Positions 19,711 through 28,894 of a stretch of DNA of 64,000 bases are shown here, in pieces. The stretch covers positions 145,268 to 209,267 of the forward strand of contig JACKBL010000001.1 of the NCBI GenBank assembly GCA_020634515.1, written 5' to 3'. The number at the start of each line of letters is the position of its first letter. The stretch's first letter is position 1. The notes below the pieces were generated by a model. It made no database searches, was not told where the DNA came from, and worked only from the letters and a program-made list of their open reading frames with translations. The stretch is from Ardenticatenales bacterium. GTDB taxonomy: Bacteria; Chloroflexota; Anaerolineae; Promineifilales; Promineifilaceae. A program made the position numbers and the translations under genes.

Positions 19711-19740
19711 AGCCCATTGCTAGATTTGTTAGAAAATTTA
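19711..19740 (+). promoter_or_regulatory. Candidate sigma70-type promoter for the kinase gene (TTGCTA-N17-TATAAT)
   Basis: cattgctagatttgttagaaaatttataataattc is an unusually AT-rich patch in a GC-rich intergenic region, about 100 nt upstream of the kinase start. Confidence 0.4.
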
Positions 19741-19867
19741 TAATAATTCAACCGTGACCAGTCATTTTCTCAAACAAGCCCTGCCAGGTTTTGCTTGTGG
19801 ATAGGGTTGGTTCTTAAGGAAACCAGGCGGACCTACGTGATTAGTGACACTTTGCCGGCATAATATC

Positions 19868-21790
19868 ATGGGTGGATTGACAACCAGGCAACTGAAGAGC
19901 AGGTTATTGGAGCGACGGACGCGACAGGGGCGTCACAGTCAGCTTAAACCCGGAGACGTACTGCAAGAACGCTACGAGATCATTGGCGTGCTCGGCGTGG
20001 GCGGATTTAGCTCCGTTTATAAGGCGCGAGACATGCGCTTCGCCAATGTCACCCGTCTTTGCGCCATCAAGGAGATGGTCAACCTGACCACGGACCCCCA
20101 CCTGCGCGAAATCACCATCAAATCCTTTGAGCGCGAGGCAAGCATCCTGGCAACGTTGGAACATCCCGCCATCCCGGACGTATACGACTATTTTACGGAA
20201 GGGGAGCGCAGCTATCTGGTGTTGGAGTTCATCCGCGGTAAGGATTTAGACGCGATCCTGGCGGAATCGGAGCAACCGCTGGACCAGGATACCGTGCTGA
20301 AGTGGGCATGGCAGATTGGTGAAGTGCTGACCTACCTGCACGGGCACAAACCGCGGCCGGTCGTTTTCCGAGACTTGAAACCCTCCAACCTGATGTTGGA
20401 TGTGCATGACCGCATCCACATAATTGATTTTAACATCGCCAAAGTGTTCCAGCAGGATGAAAAGCACACCATGATGGGCACGGAGGGGTATTCACCGCCG
20501 GAGCAGTATCGCGGTGAGTCCAGCCCGGCGGGAGACGTTTATGCGTTGGGGGCGACACTGCATCATTTGCTCACAAAGCAGGATCCGCGCATGGAGGTGC
20601 CGTTTTCGTTTAGCGAGCGGCCGATTCGGGCGCTCAACCTGACGGTGACGGAGCCGTTTGAGGCGATTATTATGCGCTGCCTTTCGTATAACGTGGAGGA
20701 CCGGTTCGCGGATGCGATGGCGGTGCAGTCGGCTCTGGCGGGGTTGATGGAGCCGCGGACGAGGCCACAGGGCACGGCGGACAGCCTGGCGACGCCGGTG
20801 AAGCGGGTGGAGGGGGAGGAAATGCCGGCATCCGCCATCCGTCCCCTCTGGCAGTTCAAATGCGAAGACGAAATTCGCGGCACGCCTCTGGTAGCCGACA
20901 ATCTCGTACTGGTGGGGGCCTATGACAACAACCTGTATGCCCTGTCGCTTGATGATGGCTCATTTGCCTGGAAGTTCCCCACCTCGGATGGCATTGCCGG
21001 CATGCCTGCCGCCTACCGCGACACGGTGTTCATTGGCTCCGCGGACAAAAATCTCTACTGCCTGCAACTCGCCAGCGGGCGCGTCCACTGGCAGTTTACC
21101 GCCAATGGTCCCATCTACTCCTCCCCCACCGCGCGGTTTGAACACGTCTTTTTTGGTTCCGACGACCATCACCTCTACGCCGTGAACGTGAGCAGCGGGC
21201 GCGCCGCCTGGAAATTCGATTCCCAGGGCGCGGTGCGCTCTTCCCCTCACGTCAGCGACGAGTACATCTACTACGGCACGGAAGCGGGGACGGTATACAG
21301 TCTGGACCTTGCCGGCAAAATCCGCTGGCAGTTTCAGGCCAAAAGAGCCGTCACTTCCACACCCTGTCTCGCCGAGGAAATGGTCTTTGTCGGTTCCCTC
21401 GACCACACCATCTACGCCCTGGATGCCAGCTCCGGCTGGCCTATCTGGCGCTTCCGCACTACCCGCCCTATTATCTCTTCTCCGGTCGTCCACGATGGCG
21501 TCCTCTACGTCGGCTCCGCCGATGGGCATCTCTACGCCATTGACATCTACTCCGGACGCAAGCTGTGGGCTTTCAAGACGGAAGGCCAGGTCGCATCTTC
21601 CCCGGCCATTTGGAATGATGCGGTCTATTTCGGCGCCACGGATGGTTGCGTTTACTGCTTGACCCTGAAAAAAGGCGCACTGCGCTGGCAGTTTGAAACA
21701 GGCGGCTACGTCATCTCTTCGCCGCGGATCGCTGCCGGCATTCTCTACATCGGCTCCACGGATCACCATCTCTATGCGCTGCCCGTTTGA
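19868..21790 (+). CDS. Ser/Thr protein kinase with C-terminal PQQ-repeat beta-propeller
   Basis: Hanks kinase motifs (VYKARDM, HRDLKPSN..., DFNIAKV, GTEGYSPPE). C-terminal repeats of PQQ type (NLYALSLDDGSFAWKF..., HLYAV..., TVYSLDL...). Start uncertain: ATG 19868 or GTG 19844. Confidence 0.85.
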   Translation: MGGLTTRQLKSRLLERRTRQGRHSQLKPGDVLQERYEIIGVLGVGGFSSVYKARDMRFANVTRLCAIKEMVNLTTDPHLREITIKSFEREASILATLEHPAIPDVYDYFTEGERSYLVLEFIRGKDLDAILAESEQPLDQDTVLKWAWQIGEVLTYLHGHKPRPVVFRDLKPSNLMLDVHDRIHIIDFNIAKVFQQDEKHTMMGTEGYSPPEQYRGESSPAGDVYALGATLHHLLTKQDPRMEVPFSFSERPIRALNLTVTEPFEAIIMRCLSYNVEDRFADAMAVQSALAGLMEPRTRPQGTADSLATPVKRVEGEEMPASAIRPLWQFKCEDEIRGTPLVADNLVLVGAYDNNLYALSLDDGSFAWKFPTSDGIAGMPAAYRDTVFIGSADKNLYCLQLASGRVHWQFTANGPIYSSPTARFEHVFFGSDDHHLYAVNVSSGRAAWKFDSQGAVRSSPHVSDEYIYYGTEAGTVYSLDLAGKIRWQFQAKRAVTSTPCLAEEMVFVGSLDHTIYALDASSGWPIWRFRTTRPIISSPVVHDGVLYVGSADGHLYAIDIYSGRKLWAFKTEGQVASSPAIWNDAVYFGATDGCVYCLTLKKGALRWQFETGGYVISSPRIAAGILYIGSTDHHLYALPV

Positions 21791-21854
21791 ACCGCCCATC
21801 CGGGCGTCGCGGCGGAAAGGCAGTATCGTGCGCAATATCATCAACAGGCTTTTC

Positions 21855-22844
21855 ATGGGTAACAAAAAATATACAGAAGAAGACGCCGCTGGCGTCGATC
21901 CCTTGCCAACGCCCGGCGTCAGCGACGGCGCCGCGGACACCGTGCCCGCTGCCGCCGGGCCAATGCCGGCAGCAGATGAGCAAACCATTTCCGCGCCCCT
22001 GCCTGCCCTGCCAGAAGAACTCCCCGCCACCACCCCCCTGGCCGCGCCACCGCCGTCCCGCGCCCCCCGCATCCACGCCGTGCAACGCTGCCATGTCGGC
22101 GCGGTGCGACCCCGCAACGAAGACTCCGCCCTCACCTTCGTCGGCGAAACAGGCGGCCAATCTCCCTTGCTCCCTTTTTCCATGTACATCGTCGCCGATG
22201 GTATGGGCGGCCATTTCGCCGGACACGACGCCAGTCGCCGTGTCTCCCGCCTCGTGGCCGCGCACCTGATGCAACAAATCTATCTGCCCCTGTTGCGCGA
22301 AAAGGACGGCGTTAACCAGAAACCGGTGCAGGAAATCATGCTGGAAGCGGTGCAGGCGGCCAACCGGGAAATTCACAATCCCGACCCGTTCAAGGAAACG
22401 GGCACGACCCTGACGGCAGCCGTGATCCTGGGGCGGCGTCTCTACCTGGCGCACGTCGGCGACAGCCGCGCCTACTTGCTGCGCGACCGCGCATTGAAAC
22501 TGCTGACGACGGATCATTCCTACGTCCAGCGGCTGCAAGATGCGGGGCAGTTGACGCCGGAAGAGGCGGCCACGCATCCGCAACGCAACGTGCTTTACCG
22601 GGCCGTTGGTCAGGGGGGGGAACTGGAAGTGGATGTGTCTACCTCGGCGCTGCCGGCATCTGGGCAGTTGTTGCTGTGCAGCGACGGCCTGTGGGGGCTT
22701 GTCGCCGAAGACGTCATCACGGACGTCCTGGAAGACGCGGCCCTTTCGCCAGACGCTAAAGTGGACCGACTCGTGGAATTGGCGCTGCGCGGTGGTGGGC
22801 ACGACAACATTACGGCCATTCTCGTCTCTTTCTCGCTTGCCTGA
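21855..22844 (+). CDS. PP2C-family Ser/Thr protein phosphatase
   Basis: YIVADGMGGHFAGHDASR...LAHVGDSRAYLLRD...LLCSDGLWG...GGHDNITAILV PP2C motifs. Start uncertain: ATG 21855 or GTG 21829. It overlaps or abuts the kinase 3' end. Confidence 0.85.
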   Translation: MGNKKYTEEDAAGVDPLPTPGVSDGAADTVPAAAGPMPAADEQTISAPLPALPEELPATTPLAAPPPSRAPRIHAVQRCHVGAVRPRNEDSALTFVGETGGQSPLLPFSMYIVADGMGGHFAGHDASRRVSRLVAAHLMQQIYLPLLREKDGVNQKPVQEIMLEAVQAANREIHNPDPFKETGTTLTAAVILGRRLYLAHVGDSRAYLLRDRALKLLTTDHSYVQRLQDAGQLTPEEAATHPQRNVLYRAVGQGGELEVDVSTSALPASGQLLLCSDGLWGLVAEDVITDVLEDAALSPDAKVDRLVELALRGGGHDNITAILVSFSLA

Positions 22845-22921
22845 CCGGTTCGCCGTGTCGGCGGTTCTCGTGTGCCCCAGGTCGTGGGCAAAACGGTTAC
22901 TATTTGTGGAGACAACGCACC

Positions 22922-23341
22922 ATGCGCTACCAGTATACATTTACACGATTGTTGGTAGAGGACTTTAGGGCGTGCTACTTGTTTTATCGGGACGTTCTCG
23001 GTTTCCAGCCCTCATTTGGCACGGAAAACGACGGCTACGCGGATTTTGATACAGGAGGCGTGACGATTGCTTTGTTTGACCGGCGCGAGATGAGCGAAAC
23101 GGTGGGTACATCTCACCTCCCACCCCAGGCAGCGGCGCAGGATGGGGTCTGCCTGGTGTTTGCGGTGGAGGATGTGGCGGCGGCATGCCGGCATTTACAA
23201 GCACACAACATCCCCCTCGTCACCCCCATGACGGATCACCCGGATTGGGGTATCCGCACCGCCCATTTCCGCGATCCCGATGGAAATCTGATAGAGATTA
23301 ATTGTTCGCTGGAGATTGAACCAGGTTCGCACGCTCAATGA
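22922..23341 (+). CDS. Glyoxalase/bleomycin-resistance (VOC) family protein
   Basis: ~140 aa. ...VEDFRACYLFYRDVLGF...HFRDPDGNLIEI... has typical VOC-fold signatures. Confidence 0.7.
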   Translation: MRYQYTFTRLLVEDFRACYLFYRDVLGFQPSFGTENDGYADFDTGGVTIALFDRREMSETVGTSHLPPQAAAQDGVCLVFAVEDVAAACRHLQAHNIPLVTPMTDHPDWGIRTAHFRDPDGNLIEINCSLEIEPGSHAQ

Positions 23342-23460
23342 CCATAGTAACCGTCCGAAACTAACTTCACACTTTTTACGGACGGTTACTGCCCCACTAT
23401 CCATGATAGCCGCCATCATGGATAGCCGCTGTCCGCCCATTTCCGCTAACTTAATTGCGG
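23342..23460. repeat. Family D repeat (~110 bp, GTAACCGTCCG...CGGACGGTTAC and TTAATTGCGGACAGCCA elements)
   Basis: Shares about 85% identity with 43690-43800. Contains two internal hairpins. Confidence 0.55.
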
Positions 23461-23490
23461 ACAGCCACGTACGCCCGCATTAAAAAGAAG

Positions 23491-24735
23491 ATGCTAAATT
23501 TCACGATTCAAGCCAGCCGCGAGACACTCAGCGCCCAAGAGTCGGCCCAGCTCCTCTATCTTCTCATTGAGGTCAGTGCGCCCGAACATTATCGCCTCTC
23601 GCACCTGCCGCTCAATGTGGGCCTCGTCATCGATCGTTCCACCTCCATGCAGGGTGATCGGCTGGAGCGCGTCAAAGCCGCGGCAGCGCTGCTGGTGGAA
23701 AAGCTCTCCGCCGCCGACGTACTCTCCGTCGTTGCCTTCAGTGATCGGGCGGAAGTGGTACTGCCCGCCAGCCACGTGCGCAACAAAGCGCCCGTGCTAT
23801 CACGCCTGCGCACCATTGTTGCCTTCGGTGGCACGGAGATTTACCAGGGTTTGAACGCCTGCGTCAAGGAAATGCGCAAGGCTGACCTCGACCATCACCT
23901 GAATCACATCATCCTCCTCACGGATGGTCAGACATACGGGGATGAAAACGCCTGCCTGCAATTAGCCCAGCAAGCCGCCGCCAGCCACATCGGCATCAGC
24001 GGCTTTGGCATCGGCTCCGAGTGGAACGACCAGTTTCTCGACCGCCTCGTTGCCCCCTCCGGCGGTCAATGTGCCTACATCGACACGCCCGATCAGATTG
24101 TCACCCTTTTGCAGCAGCGCATACAAAGCCTGGGCAAAGTGTACGCACACAACTTCCGGCTGAAAGCGGACCAGTTTCCCGCCGGCGTGCGAATACAATA
24201 TGGCTTGAAATTCAAGCCATTTGCCCAACCGCTGCCCGACAACCCGCAGCAAGACCTCAATCTGGGATCTGTAGAAGCGCGTACGCCGCTGGTTTTTGTG
24301 CTTGAGTTGATGATCGAATCGCAAAGCGGACCAAGACTGGAGATCCCCCTCACATTTGTGGCCGACATCCCGGCGGAAATGGCCGTCAATCAACCGTTCC
24401 ACCAGAAGTTGGCATTGCCCGTCGGTGGACAGAAAGCGGACGTATTTCCTCCGGACGCCGTCGTGGAAGCGGTGCGCGTGCTCAACCTGTATCGCCTGAA
24501 TGAAACCGCCTGGCACGAGATTGAAGCCGGCCAGTTGCAAACGGCCGTCACGCGCATGCGGCGACTGACGACGCGGCTGCTGGAATCCGGTTTTACGCAG
24601 ATGGCGACGCAGGCGCAGATAGAAACGGAGCGGCTGTCTACCATGGGCACGCTCTCTTTGGAAGGGCGCAAGCGGCTGAAGTTTGGCACGCGCGCCCTGC
24701 TCACGAAAACGTTGATGTTGAATGACGATGATTAA
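23491..24735 (+). CDS. von Willebrand factor type A (vWA) domain protein
   Basis: MIDAS motif VIDRSTSM (DxSxS), ...LLTDGQTYGD.... Start at MLNFTIQ (ATG 23491). Confidence 0.8.
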   Translation: MLNFTIQASRETLSAQESAQLLYLLIEVSAPEHYRLSHLPLNVGLVIDRSTSMQGDRLERVKAAAALLVEKLSAADVLSVVAFSDRAEVVLPASHVRNKAPVLSRLRTIVAFGGTEIYQGLNACVKEMRKADLDHHLNHIILLTDGQTYGDENACLQLAQQAAASHIGISGFGIGSEWNDQFLDRLVAPSGGQCAYIDTPDQIVTLLQQRIQSLGKVYAHNFRLKADQFPAGVRIQYGLKFKPFAQPLPDNPQQDLNLGSVEARTPLVFVLELMIESQSGPRLEIPLTFVADIPAEMAVNQPFHQKLALPVGGQKADVFPPDAVVEAVRVLNLYRLNETAWHEIEAGQLQTAVTRMRRLTTRLLESGFTQMATQAQIETERLSTMGTLSLEGRKRLKFGTRALLTKTLMLNDDD

Positions 24736-25231
24736 GTGTCAGGATTGTGGCGTGGCGCAACATACGGGTGCGCTGTTTTGCGGCGAGTGTGGCGCGTCGC
24801 TGTTCAATCCGGTGCAGCAGAGCACCGGGGTGCTTCCCTTTACCCAAGAACTGGGGCAACCACCGCCATCGCTGGCCGGACAGTCGCTGGAACCCTCAGC
24901 CCTGCCGATGACGATAACTTTTTTTATCCCCAGCAGTGGGCGGCGTGTGACGCTCTCCAATGTGTATGAGGTGGAGGTAGGGCGCAAAGATGAAGTCATG
25001 GGCATTACGCCGGGATTAGACCTGACGGTGGATGATGGGGCGCAGTCTGGCGTCTCGCGGCTGCACGCCAGGATTTTGCTGACGACGCAGGGAGCGGTGT
25101 TGTCGGATTTGAACAGCACCAATGGGACGTTGCTGAACAACTTCCGCCTGCGGGCGGAAGAGCCGTATCTGTTGCAGTCGGGGGATGAAGTGCGTTTTGG
25201 ACATTTGCTGGCGCACGTTTTCATTAATTGA
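24722..25231 (+). CDS. FHA-domain protein with N-terminal zinc ribbon
   Basis: CQDCGV...CGECG zinc ribbon, then an FHA core (EVGRKDEV...GVSRLHARILLTTQGAVLSDLNSTNGTLLN...LQSGDEVRFG). Overlaps the vWA gene by 14 nt. Confidence 0.8.
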   Translation: MTMIKCQDCGVAQHTGALFCGECGASLFNPVQQSTGVLPFTQELGQPPPSLAGQSLEPSALPMTITFFIPSSGRRVTLSNVYEVEVGRKDEVMGITPGLDLTVDDGAQSGVSRLHARILLTTQGAVLSDLNSTNGTLLNNFRLRAEEPYLLQSGDEVRFGHLLAHVFIN

Positions 25232-25321
25232 CGGCTGTCTCTTTGGTGGTTGGCCGCTCTTTATCAGCCGGTCACGGTTTGGTTATTTGCCGGAAAATGC
25301 CGGCATTGATAGGATACCCTC

Positions 25322-25564
25322 ATGAGTATTGCTGTACTCGTTCATATTGTAAACGAAGAACCCATTGCCGCGGACCTGGAAGAAATGCCCGACGTGCGCG
25401 CGCAGTACATTGCGCTGCGCAACCCCCGCCGCCGCGATGGCAAAGACTTGCATTACCTGGAAGAAGAGGTCGCCACTATGCTCATTCCCTGGCATCGGAT
25501 CAATTTTGTGCAGGTAATGCCGGCAGCAGGCGCTGAAGAAATCATCGGCTTTGTCCGCGAATAA
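25322..25564 (+). CDS. Small hypothetical protein (80 aa) translationally coupled to a response regulator
   Basis: AGGATA RBS. Its stop lies 2 nt before the regulator ATG. No family recognised. Confidence 0.5.
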   Translation: MSIAVLVHIVNEEPIAADLEEMPDVRAQYIALRNPRRRDGKDLHYLEEEVATMLIPWHRINFVQVMPAAGAEEIIGFVRE

Positions 25565-25566
25565 TC

Positions 25567-26313
25567 ATGGTTGAACAAATCCCCGAATCCCTGGAACCCA
25601 CCGTTCCCCGCCTCATCCTCGTCGTTGACGACGAACGACGCATGATCCGCTTCATCCGCATGAACCTGGAACTGGAAGGCTACCAGGTCATCGAAGCCAG
25701 CAACGGCCTGGAAGCCCTGGAACAAACCCGCCAACACGTCCCCGACCTGATCATCATGGACGTGATGATGCCCGAACTAGATGGCTTTGAAACCCTCCGC
25801 CTCCTGCGCGAAATCTCCACCGTCCCCGTCATTCTCCTCACCGTCAAAGAAGACGAAGAAGACCGCATCCACGGTCTGGAACTCGGCGCCGACGATTACG
25901 TGACCAAGCCATTCAGCCCGCGCGAGCTGAACAGCCGCGTCAACGCCGTCCTGCGTCGCGCCAGTTGGCCCGCGCCGCCGCCGCGCACCGTCCTGCGCAT
26001 AGACGACCGCCTCTCCGTGGACTTCAACCGGCACCAGGTCATCGTCGCCGGCGAACGTATTGACCTCCGCCCCACGGAATATCGCCTCCTCAGCCACCTG
26101 ATCCAGAATGCGGGCTGGGTTGTCCCCCACGAAACGCTCCTGCAAAAAGTGTGGGGGTACGAATACCGCGATGAAACCCACTATCTGCGCCTGTACATCA
26201 ACTACCTGCGCAAAAAAATCGAAGAAGACCCCGCCAACCCCGGCTATATCCTTACCGAACGCGGTACCGGCTACCGCTTCGTGGATTACAAGAAAGGATT
26301 ACTCGCGGATTGA
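25567..26313 (+). CDS. OmpR/PhoB-family response regulator (REC + winged-helix)
   Basis: LILVVDDE...[14 protein letters not shown]...[28 protein letters not shown]-terminal ...[13 protein letters not shown]...GYRFV. Confidence 0.9.
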   Translation: MVEQIPESLEPTVPRLILVVDDERRMIRFIRMNLELEGYQVIEASNGLEALEQTRQHVPDLIIMDVMMPELDGFETLRLLREISTVPVILLTVKEDEEDRIHGLELGADDYVTKPFSPRELNSRVNAVLRRASWPAPPPRTVLRIDDRLSVDFNRHQVIVAGERIDLRPTEYRLLSHLIQNAGWVVPHETLLQKVWGYEYRDETHYLRLYINYLRKKIEEDPANPGYILTERGTGYRFVDYKKGLLAD

Positions 26314-26424
26314 TTCTCCCCAACAACCGACTATCCACAACCCCCAAATCCGCCCACAATTCACCACCCACTGATTTTAAACCCGGGTAGCCGCTCCCTC
26401 GCCCACGAAATTTCCACAAACACT

Positions 26425-26455
26425 TGTGCCGCAGCGCGTCATGGGTGTAAAATAG
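26425..26455 (+). promoter_or_regulatory. Candidate promoter for rel (TTGTGC-N17-TAAAAT)
   Basis: cacttgtgccgcagcgcgtcatgggtgtaaaatagcc about 110 nt upstream of the rel start. Confidence 0.35.
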
Positions 26456-26564
26456 CCGTTCATGGAATAATCCGGCGCAAGTCGCAGACGTGTGACCTTT
26501 CTCGCACGTTGTCGGACGTATGTATCGCGCCTGAGCAAACGCACCAAAGCGGTGAGGCATTTTC

Positions 26565-28880
26565 ATGCTACCTCATCTTGTACTTGACCACCCGCCCGAA
26601 AATGGCGCCGCAACGGAGAAGAGGCTTTTGACCATCCCCGCGGATGGCAAACAGTTCTTCGACCTCGTGGATTCCTATCTCAACCTCACCGACCGAGAAA
26701 TCGTGCGACGCGGGTTTGCTTTGGCGCGCCAGGAGCATGGTGACGCCAAACGCAAATCGGGTGAACTTTTCTTTACCCACCCCCTCACCGTTGCCTACTA
26801 CCTGGCCGACTTTCGCCTGGATGCTTCTGCTCTCGTCGCCGCTCTTCTGCACGACGTGGCCGAAGACACCCGTGTTAGCGTAGAAGAAATCGAAGCGGCG
26901 TTTGGTCCCGAAGTCAGTCGCCTCGTAGACGGCGTCACCAAATTGAAAGACGTGACCGCCGGCGTATTCCAGGGCGAAGCCGCCCGCGGCAGAGACCTCA
27001 CCAACCAGCAGGTTCAGGAAGCCAGCCTGCATAAGCTGTTCGACCACACCACCGCCGACGTGCGCGTCGTGCTGATCAAAATCTTCGACCGCCTGCACAA
27101 TATGCGCACCATTCGCGCCATGCCGCCACACAAACAGCGGCAAAAAGCGGAGGAGACCCTCGCCGTTTATGCGCCCATGGCCAATCGTCTGGGCATGTGG
27201 CATGTCAAAAACGAGCTGGAATCGCTCTCCTTGCAGGTGCTAGACAACAGCGCCCATGCCCAGATTGCCCGCCGTCTGGAGCATCTAGCACGCGCGCATC
27301 AGGCAATCTTCCCCGAAATCGTGGGGCAGATTATGGAACGCCTGGTGGAAAAGCAGATGCCTGTGTTGGATGTTGTCTACAGCCCGCGCCAGGTTTATTC
27401 CATTTATCGCGATCTGAAAGCGAATAGAGGCAGCTACGAGGATATTGACAACGCCCTGCGCCTTGTCGTTCTACTGGACAACGATCTCGACTGTTACACG
27501 GCTATGGGCTGCCTGCACCAGATGTGGCCTCCCGTGCCGCATCAGTTTGATGATTACGTGGCCGTGCCGCGCGAAAACCTCTACCGCTCCCTGCACACAA
27601 CCGTTGTACACGAAAGCGGGCAGCACCTGAAAATCAGGCTGCGTACCATCGAAATGGACAAGACCTCGGAAATTGGCGTACTGGCCCGCTGGCTATACAA
27701 AGGCTCTCCGCTGTGGTCCGCCAGTTCGTCCCGCCGTGTGGATGCTTTCCTGGACAATATCAAGGAAAATATCAATCTGGAGCCGCACGATCTCGGTTTT
27801 GGCGTGCAGGGCGTGGTGGACAATGTGCTGCAAGACCAGATTCGCGTCTACACGCCGCAAGGGGAATTGAAAGAACTGAGCAAGGGAGCCACGCCCGTTG
27901 ATTTTGCCTATGCCATTCACACGGAAGTGGGTAATCAGACCTATGCCGCCTACGTGGACGGAAAGCCGTTCCCCCTCAATCGCTCCCTGCCCAATGGCGC
28001 GCAGGTGCGGATTGAAATGAAGCGGGGGCAGGGGGCGCAGCGAATGTGGCTGGATGAGGATTTGGGTTACGTGACGACCAGCCGCGCCAAGGCACGCATC
28101 AGGCGCTCGTTCCGTCGTCTGCCGGCAACGGCCGTCATGGTCGAAGGAAAGCGGCTGCTCAACGAAGAGCTAAAGATGCTGGGCTTCCAAACAATGCCGC
28201 ACGAACAGGCGGCTCAGTTGATGGGCCTGCCTACGCCAGAAACACTCTACCGAGACCTGGGGCGGGCGGAAATGCTGCCGACAGATCTAGCGACGCGCGT
28301 AGCGGAAGCGATGTGGGATGTATGGCCTTCCATGCGCGTGGGCAGTGAGGTCGTGAGAAGCAATGGCGATAGCTACCGCATTGCCCATGCGGATGGGCAT
28401 GAGTTGCGCCTGTGCCGCGCCTGCCGCCCGGAGCCGGGGACGCGCATCATGGGGTATTTGCGTGTCGATGGGCGGGTGACAGTGCATCGTGTGAGTTGCG
28501 TCAAACTGCCGGGCGATCCGCGCGGCGCGCGCACGCTGAAGTTGAACTGGGCGGACGCTTCCGCCTGCGATGTGCGCGTGGTGGCGATGGAAGTTGATGC
28601 CCATGACCGCATGGGGCTGCTGAACGAAATCACTGACCTGATGCTGGCGGAACAGATCAACATTGAGTATTTTGCGATGCCCCACGAGGGGCGAATGCGG
28701 CATCTGGTTTTTGAAGTGGCGTTGAGCAGCCCGCGTCTGCTGGTGCGCATTTTGCACCAGGTGTTGGCGCTGGCAAACGTGACGGCGGTGCGCTGTCTGA
28801 TTAACGAGAAGCCGTTATATGCGTATGGACCCAATGGGGAGGAGAATGGGGAGGAGGGCTTTCGCGCTGACGTGATCTGA
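26565..28880 (+). CDS. rel: Bifunctional (p)ppGpp synthetase/hydrolase, RelA/SpoT family
   Basis: HD hydrolase domain (FTHPLTVAYYLADF...ALLHDVAEDT), synthetase domain (...RSLHTTVVHESGQHLKIRLRTIEMD), TGS and C-terminal ACT-like region; 771 aa. Confidence 0.9.
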   Translation: MLPHLVLDHPPENGAATEKRLLTIPADGKQFFDLVDSYLNLTDREIVRRGFALARQEHGDAKRKSGELFFTHPLTVAYYLADFRLDASALVAALLHDVAEDTRVSVEEIEAAFGPEVSRLVDGVTKLKDVTAGVFQGEAARGRDLTNQQVQEASLHKLFDHTTADVRVVLIKIFDRLHNMRTIRAMPPHKQRQKAEETLAVYAPMANRLGMWHVKNELESLSLQVLDNSAHAQIARRLEHLARAHQAIFPEIVGQIMERLVEKQMPVLDVVYSPRQVYSIYRDLKANRGSYEDIDNALRLVVLLDNDLDCYTAMGCLHQMWPPVPHQFDDYVAVPRENLYRSLHTTVVHESGQHLKIRLRTIEMDKTSEIGVLARWLYKGSPLWSASSSRRVDAFLDNIKENINLEPHDLGFGVQGVVDNVLQDQIRVYTPQGELKELSKGATPVDFAYAIHTEVGNQTYAAYVDGKPFPLNRSLPNGAQVRIEMKRGQGAQRMWLDEDLGYVTTSRAKARIRRSFRRLPATAVMVEGKRLLNEELKMLGFQTMPHEQAAQLMGLPTPETLYRDLGRAEMLPTDLATRVAEAMWDVWPSMRVGSEVVRSNGDSYRIAHADGHELRLCRACRPEPGTRIMGYLRVDGRVTVHRVSCVKLPGDPRGARTLKLNWADASACDVRVVAMEVDAHDRMGLLNEITDLMLAEQINIEYFAMPHEGRMRHLVFEVALSSPRLLVRILHQVLALANVTAVRCLINEKPLYAYGPNGEENGEEGFRADVI

Positions 28881-28894
28881 GGTAAAACAGCGGC

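Noticed and set aside
20960-22189. 409-aa minus-strand ORF antisense to the kinase/PP2C genes
   Set aside because: Typical high-GC antisense open frame with Ala/Gly/Arg-rich composition and no motifs. The sense-strand genes have clear kinase and PP2C signatures.
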